Assembly: GCF_009914755.1 (NCBI RefSeq)
Contig: NC_060930.1
Length of the DNA stretch: 64,000 nucleotides
Reading direction: 5' to 3' (one strand)
Origin: the human T2T-CHM13v2.0 reference genome, Homo sapiens
Shown: positions 40,214-54,789 of the stretch, piece after piece
How positions within the stretch are numbered: position 1 is the first letter of the stretch
Layout of the letters: every line of letters begins with the position of its first letter
Position numbers and translations under genes: made by a program
The notes under the pieces: model-generated
What the model saw: only the letters and a program-made list of their open reading frames with translations
Database searches by the model: none
Told to the model about the DNA's origin: nothing

Positions 40214-43200
40214 CCAAGGAGGTACCAGAGAAAGGTAAAGTTCAACTTAAAGAAATAAAAAAAGATACATGATATGAATGGAAAAATCTCCAGTGAAATA
40301 GATAGCATAAATGAAAAACAATTACAACTTTTGGAAATGAAGGGTACACTAACAGAAATGCAAAAGGCACTGGAAAGTTTCAGCAATAGAATTGAACAAG
40401 TAGGAGAAAGAAATTCAGAGCTTGAAGGCAAGTCTTTTGAATTAACTCAATCCAACAAAGACAAAGAAAAAAGAACTGTAAGAAATGAACAAAGCCTGCA
40501 GGAAATTTGGGATTATGGTAAATGACCAAATTTAAGAATAATTGGTGTTCCTGAGGAAGAAGAAAAATCTGAAAGTTTGACAAACATATCTGAGGGAATA
40601 ATCAAGGAAAATTTATCCAGCCTTGTTAGACATCTAGACATCCAAATACAAGAAGCTCAAAGAACACCTGGGAAATTCATCACGAAAAGATCATCACCAT
40701 GGCACATACTCATCAGGTTATCTAAAGTCAAGATGAAGAAAATAATCTTAAGAGCTATGAGGCAAAAGCATCAGGTAACCTGTAAAGGAAAACCTGTTAG
40801 ATTAACAGCGGATTTCTCAGCAGAAACCCTACAAGCTAGAAGGGATTGGAGTCCCTATCTTTAGCCTCCTTAAATAAAAGAATTATCAGCCAAGAATTTG
40901 GTATCCAATGAAACTAAGCTTCATAAATGAAGGAAAGATACAGTCTTTTTCAGACAATCAAATGCTGAGAGAATTCACCACTACCAAGCCAGCACTACAG
41001 GAACTGCTAAAAGGAGCTCTAAATCTTGAAACAAATCCTTGAAATAGAATCTCCTTATAGCATAATATCACAGGACCTATAAAACAATAACACAATGAAA
41101 AAAAATGCAAGGTATTCAGGCAACCACTAGCATGATGAACAGAATAGTACCTCACATCTCAATACTAATGCCGAATGTTAATGACCTAAATGCTTCACTT
41201 AAAATATACAGAATAGCAGAATGACTAAGAATTTCCCAACCAAGTATCTGTTGTTTTTGAGAGAGTCACCTGACACATAAGGACTCACATAAACTTAAGG
41301 CTAAGGGGTGGAAAAAGATATTCCATGCAAATGGACACCAAAAATGAGCAGGAGTAGCTACTCATATCAGACAAAACAAACTTTAAAGCAAGAGCAATTA
41401 AAAAGGACAAAGAGGGACATTATATAATGATAAAATGACTAGTCCAACAGGAAAATATCACAGTCCTAAATACATATGCAGCTAACACTGGAGCCTCCAA
41501 ATTTATAAAACAATCACTACTAGACCTAAGGAATGAGATAGATGGCAACACAAGAGTAGTGGGGGACTTCAATACTCCACTGACAGCCCTAGACAGGTCA
41601 TCAAGACAGAAAATCATCAAAGAAACAATGGACTTAAACTATACCCTAGAATAAACAAACTTAACAGATATTTACAGAAGATTCTACTCAACAACTACAG
41701 AATGTACATTCTATTCATCAGCACATGGAAATTCTCCAAAATAGACCATATGATAGGCCACAAAACAAGTCTCAGCAAATTTAAGAAAACTGAAATGATG
41801 TCAAATACCCTCTCAGACCACAGTGGAATGAAATTGGAAATCAACTCCAAAAGGAACCCTCAAAACCATGAAAATACACGGAAATAAAATAAGCTCCTCC
41901 TGAATAATCATTGGGTTAACAATGAAATAAAGACGGAAATTTAAAAATTCTTTGAACTGAATGATAATAATGACATAACCTACCAAAACCTCCGTAATAC
42001 AGCAAAAGCAGTGCTAAGAGGAAAGTTCACAGCATTACATGCCTACATCAAAAAGCCTAAGAGAGCACAAATAGACAATCTAAGGTCACACCTCAAGGAA
42101 CTAGAGAAACAAGAACAAACCAAACCAAAACCCAGAAGAAGAAAAGAAATAACCAAAATCAGAATAGAACTAAATGAAATTGAAACAAAAAAAATTACAA
42201 AAGATAAATAAAACCAAAAGCTGGTTCTTTGAAAAGATATAAAATTGATTGACCACTAGTGAGATTAACCAAGGAAAGAAGAGAGAAGATCTAAATAAGC
42301 TCAATTAGAAACCAAACTGGAGACATTACAACCAATACCACAGAAATACAAAAGATCATTCAAGGGTACTACGAACACCTTTATGCACATAAACTAGAAA
42401 ACCTAGAGAAGATGGATACATTCCTGGAAAGACACAACCCTCCTAAATTAAACCAGAAAGAAATAGAAACTCTGAATACACAAATAACAAGCAGTGAGAT
42501 TGAAATAGTATTAATAATTAAAAAGTTACCAAAAAAAAAGTCCAGGACCCAATGGATTCACAGCTGAATTCTATCAGAATTCAAAGAAGAATTGGTATTA
42601 ATCCTCTTGACACTGTTCCAAAAGAAAGAAAAAGAGGGAATCCTCCCTAAATCATTCTATGAAGTCAGTATCACCCTAATACCAAAACCAGGAAAGGGCA
42701 TAACAAAAAAAGAAAACTACAGACCAATATCCCTGATGAACATAGATGCAAAAATCCTCAACAAAATACTAGCTAACTGAATCCAATAGCATATCAAAAA
42801 GATAATTAATCATGATCAAGTGGGTTTCATACCAGGGATGCAGAGATGGTTTAACATACACAAGTCAATAAATGCGATACACCACATAAACAGCATTAAA
42901 AACAAAAATCACATGATTATCTCAATAGATGCAGAAAAAACATGAGACAAAAACTAGCATCTCTTTGTGATTAAAACCCTCAGTCAAATTGGCATAGAAG
43001 GGACATAACTTAAGGTAATAAAGATCATCTCAGACAAACCCACAGCCAACATTATAATGAATGGAATAAAGTTGAAAGCACTCCCCTGAGAACCTTAACA
43101 AAACAAGGATTCCCACTTTCACCATTTCTATTCAAGATACTACTGGAAGTCCTAGCCAGAGCAATCAGACAAGAAAAAGAGATAAAGGATATCCACATCA

Positions 43201-45183
43201 GTAAAGAGGAAGTTAAACTGTCACTGTTTGCTGATGACATGATTGTATACCTAGAAAACCCTAAAGATACATCCAAAAAGCTCCTAGAACTGGTAAATGA
43301 ATTCAGCATACAGTTTCAGGATACAAAATTAATGTACATGAATCAGTAGTTCTGCTATACACCAAGAGTGACCAAGCTGAGAATCAAATCAAGAACTCAA
43401 CGCCTTTTACAATAACTGTAAAAAAAATAAAATACTTAGGAATACACCTAACCAAGGAGGTGAAAGATCTCTGCAAGGAAAACTACAAAGCACTGCTGAA
43501 AGAAATAATAGACGACACAAACAAATGGAAATACATCCCATGATCATGGATGGGTAGAATCAATATCGTAAAAATGACCATACTGCCAAAAGCAATCTAT
43601 AAATTCAATGCAATTCCCATCAAAATACCACCATCATTCTTCACAGAACTAGAAAAAATAATCCTAAAATTCATATGGTGCCAAAAAAAGAGCCTGTATA
43701 GCCAAAGAAAGACTACGCAAAAAGAACAAATCTGGAGGCATCACATTACCCAACTTCAAACTATACTATAAGGCCATGGTCACCAAAACAGCATGGTACT
43801 GGTTTAAAAATAGGCATATAGACAAATGGAACAGAATAGAGAACCTAGAAATAAACCCAAATATTTACAGCCAACTGATATTTGATAAAGCAAACAAAAA
43901 CATAAAGTGGGGAAAGGTCGCCCTATTCAACAAATGATGCTGGGATAACTGGCAAGCCACATGTAGAAGAATGAAACTGGATCCTCACCTCTCAACTTAA
44001 ACAAAAATCAACTCAAGATGGATCAAGGACTTAAATCTAAGACCTGAAACCATAAAAATCCCAGAAGATAACATTGGAAAAACACTTCTAGACATTGGTT
44101 TATGCAAAGACTTTATGACCAAGAGCTCAAAACAGAAACAAAGATAAATAGATGGGACTGAATTAAACTAAAAAGCTTTTGCACAGCAAAAGACATAATC
44201 AGCACAGTAAACAGACAACCCACGGAGTGGAAAAAATCTTTACAATCTATGCTTCCAACAGACTAATATCCAGAATCTACAAGGAACTCAAACAAATCAG
44301 CAAGAAAAAAACAATCCCTTCAGAAATTGGGCCAAGGATATGAATAGAAAATTCTCAAAAGAAGATACACAAATGGCCAACAAACATATGAAAAAATGCT
44401 CAACATGACTAATTATCAGGGAAATGCAAGTCAAAACCACAGTGCGATATCATCTTACTCCTGCAAGAATGGTCATAATCAAAAAATCAAAAAATAGTAG
44501 ATGTTGCCATGGATGTGGTGAAAAGGGAACAGTTTTACAATGTTGGTGGGAATGTAAACTAGTACAACTACTATGGAAAACAGTGTGGAGAGTCCTTAAA
44601 TAACTACAAGTAGACCTATCATTTGATCCAGCAATCCTACTACTGGGTATCTGCCCAGAGGACAGAATTCATTACATGAAAAACATACTTGCACATGCAT
44701 GTTTATAGCAGCACAATTCACAATTGCAAAAATATGGAACTAGCCCAAAATGCCCACCAATCAATGAGTGGATAAAGAAAATGTGATATATATGGTATGT
44801 GTGTGTACTCAACATGGAATACTACTCAACCGTAAGAAGGAACAAAATAATGGCATTCGCAGCAACCTGGATGGAATTAGAGACTATTATTCTAAGTGAA
44901 GTAGCTCAGGAATGGAAAACCAAACATCGTATGTTCGCACTTAAAAGTGGGAGTTAAACTATGAGGATGCAAATGCATAAGAATGATACAACGGACTTCC
45001 AGGACTCAAGGGGAAAGGGTAGGAGGGGGGTGAGGGATAAAAGACTACAAATATGGTACAGTGTACACTGCTTGGGTGATGGGTGCACCAAAATCTCGGA
45101 AATCACTGCTAAATAACGTACTCATATACAAAAAATAAATTTAAAAAATTTACCCCCCCCCCCCCCCGCAAAATACACAAAAT
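40214..45183 (+). mobile_element. L1PB (PB1-like), about 5 kb, 5'-truncated within ORF1; ORF1 and ORF2 disrupted
   Basis: ORF1 remnants (IQIQEAQRTP, KPVRLTADFSAETLQARRDW); ORF2 start ~41132-41135; EN motif SDHSGMKLE; RT motifs [21 protein letters not shown] and LFADDM (~43224); L1PB 3'UTR (tatgaggatgcaaa.gcataagaatgatacaa); TSD aacaggcatatg 40202-40213 / aatgggcatatg 45184-45195; many stops and frameshifts. Confidence 0.95.
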
Positions 45184-45249
45184 AATGGGCATATGTGTGA
45201 GGGTCTCACCAGTAGACAGAATTCATCTCAGGTGCCTCAAATGAAGGTA

Positions 45250-45650
45250 CTAAGAGGAGGGATTCCTCACTTAGATGAGGACAGGTTTGAGAAGACCAGC
45301 AGGAATGCTGAAGCACCCAGAAACCAATGGCAGCAGAAAGGTAGAACTGCTCCTAGGGCTGAAGAGGCAAAGGATGGAGATTGTGGTACCCAAGCCCAGT
45401 GAGCACTGGAGCTCTGATGAAGCCAGTCCAAGTGGAGGGGCCATGCAGCAGGAGCAGGGGTGTGAGGACCAAGCAGGGAGGGAACCGGAAGAAGCATGCC
45501 GACCCCTCTCGCCTCCTGTTCTCTGGTCTCCCCTTAGGGCCACCATTCACTGAGGCCAACAGAACTAGACAGGCAAGGAGCCAGGGATGCAGTTAATCAA
45601 GGTCAACCTCCCAGAGCATAGAGCTGGGATAGGGGAGCAAAATAACTAGC
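45250..45650 (-). mobile_element. Old ERVL LTR fragment (LTR33-like)
   Basis: gaagcacccagaaacc...ctagggctgaagaggcaaagg...ccattcactgaggccaac...ggcaaggagccagggatgcag. Confidence 0.55.
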
Positions 45651-45730
45651 AGGGTAGTTATTGGGGGTGGGGGAGCTCTGAAATCAGCATTAAAAATAAA
45701 TCCTCAAGAAATCCTTTTGCAGTGACCCCT

Positions 45731-45799
45731 CCACCACCACCACCACCACCACCACCACCACCACCACCACCACCACCACCACCACCACCACCACCACCA
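45731..45799 (+). repeat. Pure (CCA)23 trinucleotide repeat
   Basis: 69 bp uninterrupted. Confidence 0.97.
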
Positions 45800-46240
45800 C
45801 TGCCCCCCTCCCCACCCACCCCGCCGCTGCCCAGACACATCTTGAAGACACTGTCTTGGGGGAAGGAGCCAGAAAGCCTGAAAGCCCCGGGCAGCCAGGA
45901 GTGGAGACAAAGGTGGAAATGGAGTAGACGGAGTTGATAGAAGGGATGCCAAACACGATGTCACAACTGTGATCCACAGAGTGGTGCTATTTCTCCCCTT
46001 CAGTTCCCACACAGAATCTGTATATAGGACGACACCTTTGCATACTGCATCACTTCAGCAGGCTCTGAACTGCAAAGCATGTAACTATGGTTTCTGTGGA
46101 CAAGCAAGCACCTGAAATAGATTTATGTGTCTGGGAAAGTAAACAATCTCTCCTTTGCAGACCCAAATGTGACATGGAGTATACTAAAACCATAAGCACA
46201 CACTCTGGTTCCTTTACAGATGGTATAAATCTTTCGCCTT

Positions 46241-46580
<340 letters not shown>

Positions 46581-46751
46581 CTAAACACTATGTCCACTTT
46601 CAGGTAATCACTCAGATTAAGTCATAAGTCTGCATATTTCTGAGAAAGGTGCAACAAAAAGCAACTTTGTAATGTGTACAAATTACACAAATACGTTGTT
46701 AACCTTGGGCAAGCAAGAAGTAGCTAATTTAATAAATCGTAAGTTCTGTGA

Positions 46752-47108
<357 letters not shown>

Positions 47109-47368
47109 AGGATTTATTCTTATTTACTCATTTATTTAACTAACATTTACTGAACTCCTGTAATATGCCAGGAGCTAATCTAGCTGCTGAACAAAACAGG
47201 AAAGACCTGGGCCTTGGTGGAACTGAAATAGCTGAAGCTGGGGCAAATTACACTCTGGCTTCCTTTCTACCACATCACAGGTTTTTGGAGTTTAGAAAGA
47301 CTGAATTGCCCTTTGCAGAACTTTATTGAAAATGCTGATGTCTTCCTAAGAGCAGGTGTATGGAGTAA

Positions 47369-47961
<593 letters not shown>

Positions 47962-48121
47962 TCAAGGGTCTTTTAGATTGAAGTAAAAAAAAAAAATTGG
48001 AATTTGTTAAATTGGTAGCCTACTTTGTGTTCCTATAAGCAAACAGAAAGTACTTCTCCCAAGGCACTGCCATACCACTATTTGACCATATTTTATTTAT
48101 CAGTGACTCTCCAGGTCTAAC

Positions 48122-48194
48122 CAGGGTGACCAACTTATCCTGGTTTTAACACTAACTCTTCAATCTCCTGGAAGCCAAGACAGTCAGTCACCCT
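48122..48194. mobile_element. MER81-like hAT-Blackjack MITE
   Basis: Terminal inverted agggtgac ... gtcaccct. Confidence 0.6.
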
Positions 48195-49644
48195 TCCTGT
48201 AACACAATAATACCTAGCAGATTCTTTATACACACTTTCTATATGAATAAAGAAATACCCTCATAAAAATATGCAATACTCATCCACACACTTCATTGAT
48301 TCAATTTTCTATAAGATGTTTTCTCATGTAAAAACAGAAAAAGGAGACTTTCATACACAAGGCTATTTCCAATTATAACCATTAAAAATCAAATGTTTTA
48401 GGTTTGAACGTTAAAATATTTAAAATCTCATATAAACTCAGTATGCAATATGTTTATTTTAGTATTCTTAGAGAAAAATGTCAGAGTATTTATTCTTGTT
48501 ATACTCTGTAACTTTCATTCTGCCAAATGTAGGTGGGGTGAGCAAATAGATTTTTGAAAATAGATTCTGAAAACCAGATTTAAAAAAATCTAATGGTTTC
48601 AGGCAGTCATAAACTTGGGATTATGGCTTTCTGCAGGGCAGAAGTAATGAGGCGTGAATAAATATTGTTGATCTCACTTCCTCCCTCTGTAAATGACCAA
48701 CAAGAGCCATGTTGTACATGTAACGCCACTGACTCACAGGCAGAGGAACCCAAACAACTTCATTTGTGCTTCATAGTTGAAGACAGCCCCTGTTGCGTGA
48801 CCTCAGGCTAAATAAGCCATCACAGGTCCAGAGACAATTCTTCCTGCAGACACACTTCCCAGCCCAGCTCATCAGGAGACGCTAGCTCAGGCACAGTCTC
48901 TCCCACTCGAAAGCTTTATTAGCCATTATCCTTCGTGACTTCAAGGTGAGATCTCAACACACAGTAAAAACTGCTCATTTTCCATTGCTTCTCACCTAAC
49001 AGGCAAATCTATTTCCCTTATAGGACAGGAATTACAAGTGTAAATGCCACCTACACAGCTATTTCACTGCAGGGGCCACCCCACCAAAAAGAGAGTATCT
49101 TAGCCATGGGATATGCTTTTCTGTGGTTTAAACCAAGTTTAAGTAAGAACGGGTCACAGTTTTATTTTCCTTCCTCCCTCCTCTTCTCCCTCCATTCTTT
49201 CATTCTTTCTTCCTTCCTTCTCTTTCTTTCTTTCTTCTCCTTCCTTCCTTTCTTTTTTCCTTTTCTTCCTCATGAGACTGCAGAAAAAACTTATAAAATA
49301 CTAATCAACAGTTTGCAAGACTAACGTTCCTTAGAAAACAGCTTAGGAAGTACTGCTGTGAACATCGAATGGAGATTAATGATCTACCCTGTCCTCCTCA
49401 TTTCAGCAGAATGTTCTGAACCTATGTTCTCACCTTTACTCCTTAATGGAGAGCTGCATGGGGGAAGTGCATCGGTTTCAGGCCCAACTTGGTCGCCAAA
49501 CCACTGCTGGGTGTCATCTCTTCACCTCTACAATGGGAGTTTGGAATGAGGCATTCTTCAATGTTCCTTCAGTTCTAATCATGTTCTACATTAATTGGTA
49601 CACATGCATGCACACACACACTCCAATGTAACCACATATAAAGG

Positions 49645-50022
49645 CATGGACAAAGTTGTTTCCCTCATCTCTCAAAACACTTGTTGAAGTTCCAACCCCC
49701 AGTACCTCAGAATGTGACTTTATTTGGAGATAGGGCCTTAAATAGGTGATTAACTTAAAATGAGGCCATTAAAGTAGGGCTCTAATGGATTATGACTGGT
49801 GTCTATTTTTAAGAGGAGGAAAAGACACAAGGGATGCATGTGAAGAGAGAGAAGGGCATGTGAGGACACAAGGAAAAAGGACACCGTCTGCAAGCCAAGG
49901 AGAGAGCCCTCGGAAGGAACCCACCCTGACAACACCTTGACCTTGGACTTCCAGCTTCCAGAACTGTGAGAAATACATTTATGTTGTTTAAGCTGCCCAG
50001 TCTGGTATTTTGTGTGTTGCAA
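49645..50022 (+). mobile_element. MLT1B-like MaLR LTR
   Basis: aacccccagtacctcagaatgtgactttatttggagatagggcctt...gcaagccaaggagagag...ggacttccagcttccagaactgtgaga. Confidence 0.9.
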
Positions 50023-50669
50023 ATATGTCCCCTTTCTATCAAGGAAGATCTGCATTGATGCTCTGATCCCAAATGTATGTGCAACATGAGAGAAACTGAA
50101 GATTTGTCTGGAAGACCCAGACTTGGATCCAAATGGTGCAGTTGGAATAACTTCCTTCAGGAAGATAATCCATACTGATGTGGTTTATGGCTGACCTTTA
50201 ACCACAACCTCATGGCATGTCTTCGTTCTCTTGAAACCTGCAGCAGAACAAGCCTTATGCTGGAAAAGCCATGGCTGACATGGGCTTCTCCCCTTTGCTA
50301 AGATTCACGAAGACCCAGAAAATTCTACAAGTATTTACTGAGCACTCATCATGCACTGGGAGTGGTGCAAGACACAAGATAAATAAAACTGGGGCCTCCT
50401 GCCCCTGGAGAACTTACAAGTGAAGGATGATGGACATACAAGCAGCTCCACTAAGCCAGATGGTGTTTTGCTCAAGAAACTAAATGCTATGGAAGTTTTA
50501 TCTGTGAGGAATTATATTTCATTACGAATAAAAGAAGTCCTAGGGAAAAGTGGCTCAAACAAGTAAGGACTTTATTTTTCCTATACAACTAGAATTCCAG
50601 AAGTTCATGGTTGCTGGTGTTGCTTCAAGGCTTCAAAGATGTTAGGGTCAAGGTCTTTGCAACAACTGT

Positions 50670-50838
50670 TTTCCCCCAGCTTTATTAAGATGTAATTGAC
50701 CAATAAAAATTGTATACATTGACAGTATACAATGTGAGATCTCCACCTATGCATACACAGTGAAATGGTTAAATCAAGGTGTTTAACATCTCCATCACCT
50801 CCATACTTATTTTTATGTGGTGAGGACATTTAGCATCT
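50670..50838 (-). mobile_element. Short L1MA 3' end inside an old MLT1 LTR (about 50510-51100)
   Basis: cagctttattaagatgtaattgac.aataaaaattgtata...ccatcacctccatac; tgcaacaa on both sides. Confidence 0.75.
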
Positions 50839-51429
50839 GCAACAATCTTGATGGTCCCTTGTAGTTTCAAAGTGGTTACTCTAGCCACTGTGTCACATTG
50901 TGTTTTAAGGAGATAAAAGAAGGAAGGAGGAAAAGAGCAAAAGGCAGACCAATGCCAGCTGCATCTGCAGCCCATTTTAGAGGCTTTCTCCTTGAATCCC
51001 ACCCACCTACTTCCATTAACATCTCACTGGCCAGACCAGTGCTCCATAACCTCTGGGCCTAGAGAGAGGCTGAGAAATGCATTTTTTTTTCACCTAGGCA
51101 CTTTGCTGCTCATCCCTCCAACAAGAATGAGAAGGAGAAGTAGAGGGAGAATAGATTTGGGGTAGGCAAAACAAACAGAGAGCAAGGAGAGGTGTGTTCA
51201 TCTGCAATGGCTCATTCCATGTTGTTAGAGGATGTGAGGTGTGAGCTGAGTCCAGAGGCAAGCAGTGTGGAAAGAGCAGTCTATGCAGAGGGGTCATCAC
51301 CGCAAAGACAGAAGGTTCAAGACCACAGATCACATAAGAACCACCGAGGCTAGGGCTTAGCATGTATGGGCAGTGAGAGAAAGTACCAGAAGATCAGTTA
51401 GAACATGCAGATGGGGGCTAACTGGTGAG

Positions 51430-51839
51430 TTTACTAGTTTCCTAGCGCTGCCATAACAAATACCATAGCCTGGGTGCCTTAAATACCAGATTGATTTCCT
51501 CACAGTTCTGCAGGCTAGAACTCCAAAGTCAAGGTGTCAGCAGGGTTGCTTTCTCCTGAGGCCTCTCTCCTTGGCTTGCACGAAGCTGTCTATCACTGCA
51601 TCCTCACATGGTCACAGATGTATGCACACATCTCTCTGCATGTCCAAGTTTCCTCTTCTTATAAGGATACCAGCGACATTGGATCAGGGTCCACCCTAAT
51701 GGCCTCAGTGTAACTTAATCACCATTTTAAAGGTCCTATCTTCAAATATGGTTGCATTCTGAGGTATTGGGGGTTAGGCCTTCGACACAGGAATTTGGGG
51801 GTGGGAGGGCAAGACATGACCAGAATTCAACCCATAACA
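51430..51839 (-). mobile_element. MLT1B/A-like MaLR LTR inside L2
   Basis: gctgccataacaaatacca...tcacagttctg.aggctag...ttctgaggtattgggggttagg...aattcaacccataaca. Confidence 0.9.
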
Positions 51840-53333
51840 GGGAGAATCTTAAAATCTAGGCCAAGGAGTTTGTGTTTTGTTCTGTATGCAAGAGGAAGAC
51901 AGCAGACGTTCTGAGCGGGGAGAAACATTATTAGAGTTATTATTTTTTAGCAGGCTAGTCCTTTGTTCCCATTGTGTAGGATGCATTAGCAGCACGGAAA
52001 CCCAAGGGAAACCATGGCTTTAGTGAGGGCAAGAGGGAATGATGATCTGAATTAGGGCAGTAGCAACAGAAATGCAAATAGGAAATGCAGTAGGAGATAA
52101 ATCCAAGAGACACTGTGGGGGTAGAATAACCAGGATTTGCTGACTAATTTGATATCATGGTGCACATGAGGGAGGAGTTGGAGGCAATGCTGAGGTTCCT
52201 GAGGCCAGGCAGTGGAGTGTGTGGGGGTGGTATTCACTGACATGGTGTGAAGTAGAGGAGGCCAAGTTCAGTTTAGGACATGACCATGCTTATAAGATGT
52301 GCATATGACACTAGGATGGAGCGATCAAAAAAGCAGCTGAAAATGTGGGTCCAGAGCTTGGGCATCACCAAAAGCCTTATTTTAAACAACAGGTTGGCCT
52401 AAGCAAACTTTTGAGTAGGAAAATTTGTCCCTGATGTCTTTCCACCCCCTGTCACATTCTCTCTGCTATCCTTGGGTCCTAGGCCCACATGCTCTCAAAC
52501 TGCCCTTCCTCCTCCTCCTGAATGCAAACGCCCCTGCACTCCATCAAGCTCCAAGTGTTCCTAGTCACGGAGAAGGAAGAGAGAATGATAATCTCCCGAA
52601 GGAAAGCCTGGTGCTTTTCAGGCAGTGTCAGGGGGAAGAGAGGAATCTCAGCCTGAGGCTGGGAGGCATTTTCACAGTCAATGTCTTTTCCTGCTGCTCC
52701 TGAAATCACGCTATGCCACTCAGCCTTCTCAGAGGACTCTGAACCCAGAAATCAGACTTTGACCATCTGCTTTTGGCTGCTTCTGAGAAAAAAGGCCTTA
52801 AACCTTCAGATATGTACTTGAAAATAAAGAATGCATACCATGGATTTGTGTGTGTCAAATGGGTTTGGTTCATACTTATAAACTTGACTTTCCTGAAGCA
52901 ATAGATTGCCAAGCAGCCCTGTGCCCTGGGGAAAGATCACTGATGCAACCATGCCTCTAACAACATTTAATCTGAGTTACCTTTCTGTTTGCAGCCGAAG
53001 AATTCTCTAGAATGGCTTTCTTATTAGGATTAGGCATGGGTCAATGTCTGTCAAATTTTAGGTGGCACTAAAACTCCGTAAGAAAATGGATACCTTTCCA
53101 TTTCAAGCATGCCAAGCCCTGGTCTTTGGTGAAGAAATAGACACATTCTCACCCAAATACAAATTCTGTTTCCCACGCACCTTCTCTGGGCTGTATTTCC
53201 TTTGGGTAGTGTGGCGCGGATCAGCCCTTGGGCTGCCTCCCAATTCTGGAATCTATTATTGCAGCAGAAAGGCCAGACTGCAGCTTCTTCGAGTTTTCTC
53301 ATCGTTCTCACCCTGCCTCAAGAATATAGGTCA

Positions 53334-53383
53334 TGGCATTTGTGGATGCACCTGTGGGACACAGTCACCTATATTCTCCTGTG
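53334..53383 (+). repeat. Dispersed duplication C, copy 1 (partner 54740-54789)
   Basis: 25-bp identical core cacctgtgggacacagtcacctata within a 50-bp ungapped match. Confidence 0.9.
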
Positions 53384-53908
53384 GGCGCCCCCAAGGGATG
53401 GGCTTAGTTGAGATCTGTTGTCCCTGTGCAGGAACCAGCTCTGAGCTTGGGCAGAGAGATATGTCTTACACAGAGAAGAAGGGAGAGGAGAAGCAGTAAA
53501 AGAGAACAAGGCTGGAGTCAGCTGAGGGAGACTCAGTATAATTGATTGTTGCTGCCCAGGGCCTCTTTGGCCTTCACCCCCTGGGAGGAAAAGGTGTTAT
53601 GCACCCCTCAGGTGCACAGGGCAACCCAGATGCAACCCTGAGGACTATGAAGAAGGAGACAGATGTAGCTCTGCACCTGTTTCTTTTTCTCTCACAAACC
53701 GCATTTCTGACATTCTTCACCCCACAGCCAATGGGAGTGATGGCTCCTTTTATCACTTGCAGTCTGACCTGCTGGCTGAGGATCTGAACTTGCAAGCTCA
53801 TTTCTTTTCAGCTGTGGGTTGTTTGCAGTGAAACGATACCAACTGCCCGCTGAATTTCGGGTGGTCGTCGGCCACGGGGCTTTCAGGATGCTCCCCCTAG
53901 CCAGCCAG

Positions 53909-53994
53909 CTCAGAGTCTCAGTCCCCTTTTTGCTGACTTCAAATAATGTTCTAGCAGCTTGGAATCATTGCTTTCCCCCTTTCTGTTCAGGTTT
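53909..53994 (+). repeat. Dispersed duplication B, copy 1 (partner 60466-60551)
   Basis: 86 bp ungapped, 7 mismatches. Confidence 0.93.
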
Positions 53995-54154
53995 GGGTGA
54001 GGCATTTATGTGTAGACAGCCCGACCCCTATTAGTTAGAATGAGAAAATACTAGGGCTGTGAAGCTCAGATTTGATGCTAAATTAATTCACCAAGTTCTT
54101 GCTTTTCTTATGGATAACACGATTCTGGAAAAAAAGATCATTGCATTCTCAACG

Positions 54155-54365
54155 TCTGCTCTGTCCAATACAGGAGCAACTAGCCTCATGTAACAATTTA
54201 AATTTGAATTAATTAAAATTACATAAAATTAAAATTCAATTCTTCAGTCACACTGGCCACATTTCAAGTACTCAATGGCCACATGTGGCTAGCTAGCAGC
54301 TACCATGTTGAAGAAGCAGACGTAGAACATTTCATCTTCACAGAAAGTTCTATCAGACAGCACTG
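54155..54365. mobile_element. MER3 hAT-Charlie MITE
   Basis: ctgtccaata...cagtcacactggccacatttcaagtactcaatggccacatgtggctag...cagaaagttctatcagacagc. Confidence 0.85.
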
Positions 54366-54739
54366 ATCCAACAATTCCATTTCTGACCTTTGACTATGAA
54401 ATGCAACTGCTTCTTGGCCCTATGACCCTTATACCAAACACTTGGATTTTGTCTGATAACAACAGATCACTGGTGGCAGGATACGTTTAATGTTCATTAT
54501 TGTTATATTGCTGTTATCATGATGATTTATAATTATAGAATACCTGCCAGGTTTTTAACTAATTTCTTTCCTTATTATTTCATGGATCTGATTTGCTAGT
54601 GTGAATTAATAGCATTTATGGAATTTCCAAGGTTACTCTCCTTCTCCAACAGCATCCCCGTTGCTGACATTGATTCATTTATTCTTCGTGCATTCACTAG
54701 ATGCTTCTGAAGGGTGTGTTCCCCATGCTTAGATGGGGG

Positions 54740-54789
54740 TGACATTTGTGAATTCACCTGTGGGACACAGTCACCTATACTGTCGTGTG
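54740..54789 (+). repeat. Dispersed duplication C, copy 2
   Basis: Core 54755-54779; offset 1406 bp. Confidence 0.9.

Noticed and set aside
40274-43771. ORFs with L1 ORF1p/ORF2p similarity
   Set aside because: Fragments of a dead L1PB with many stops and frameshifts; not host CDS.
45658-46012. Poly-Pro, poly-Gly, poly-Val and poly-Trp ORFs
   Set aside because: All are readings of the (CCA)23 repeat; non-ATG or weak starts and no gene context.
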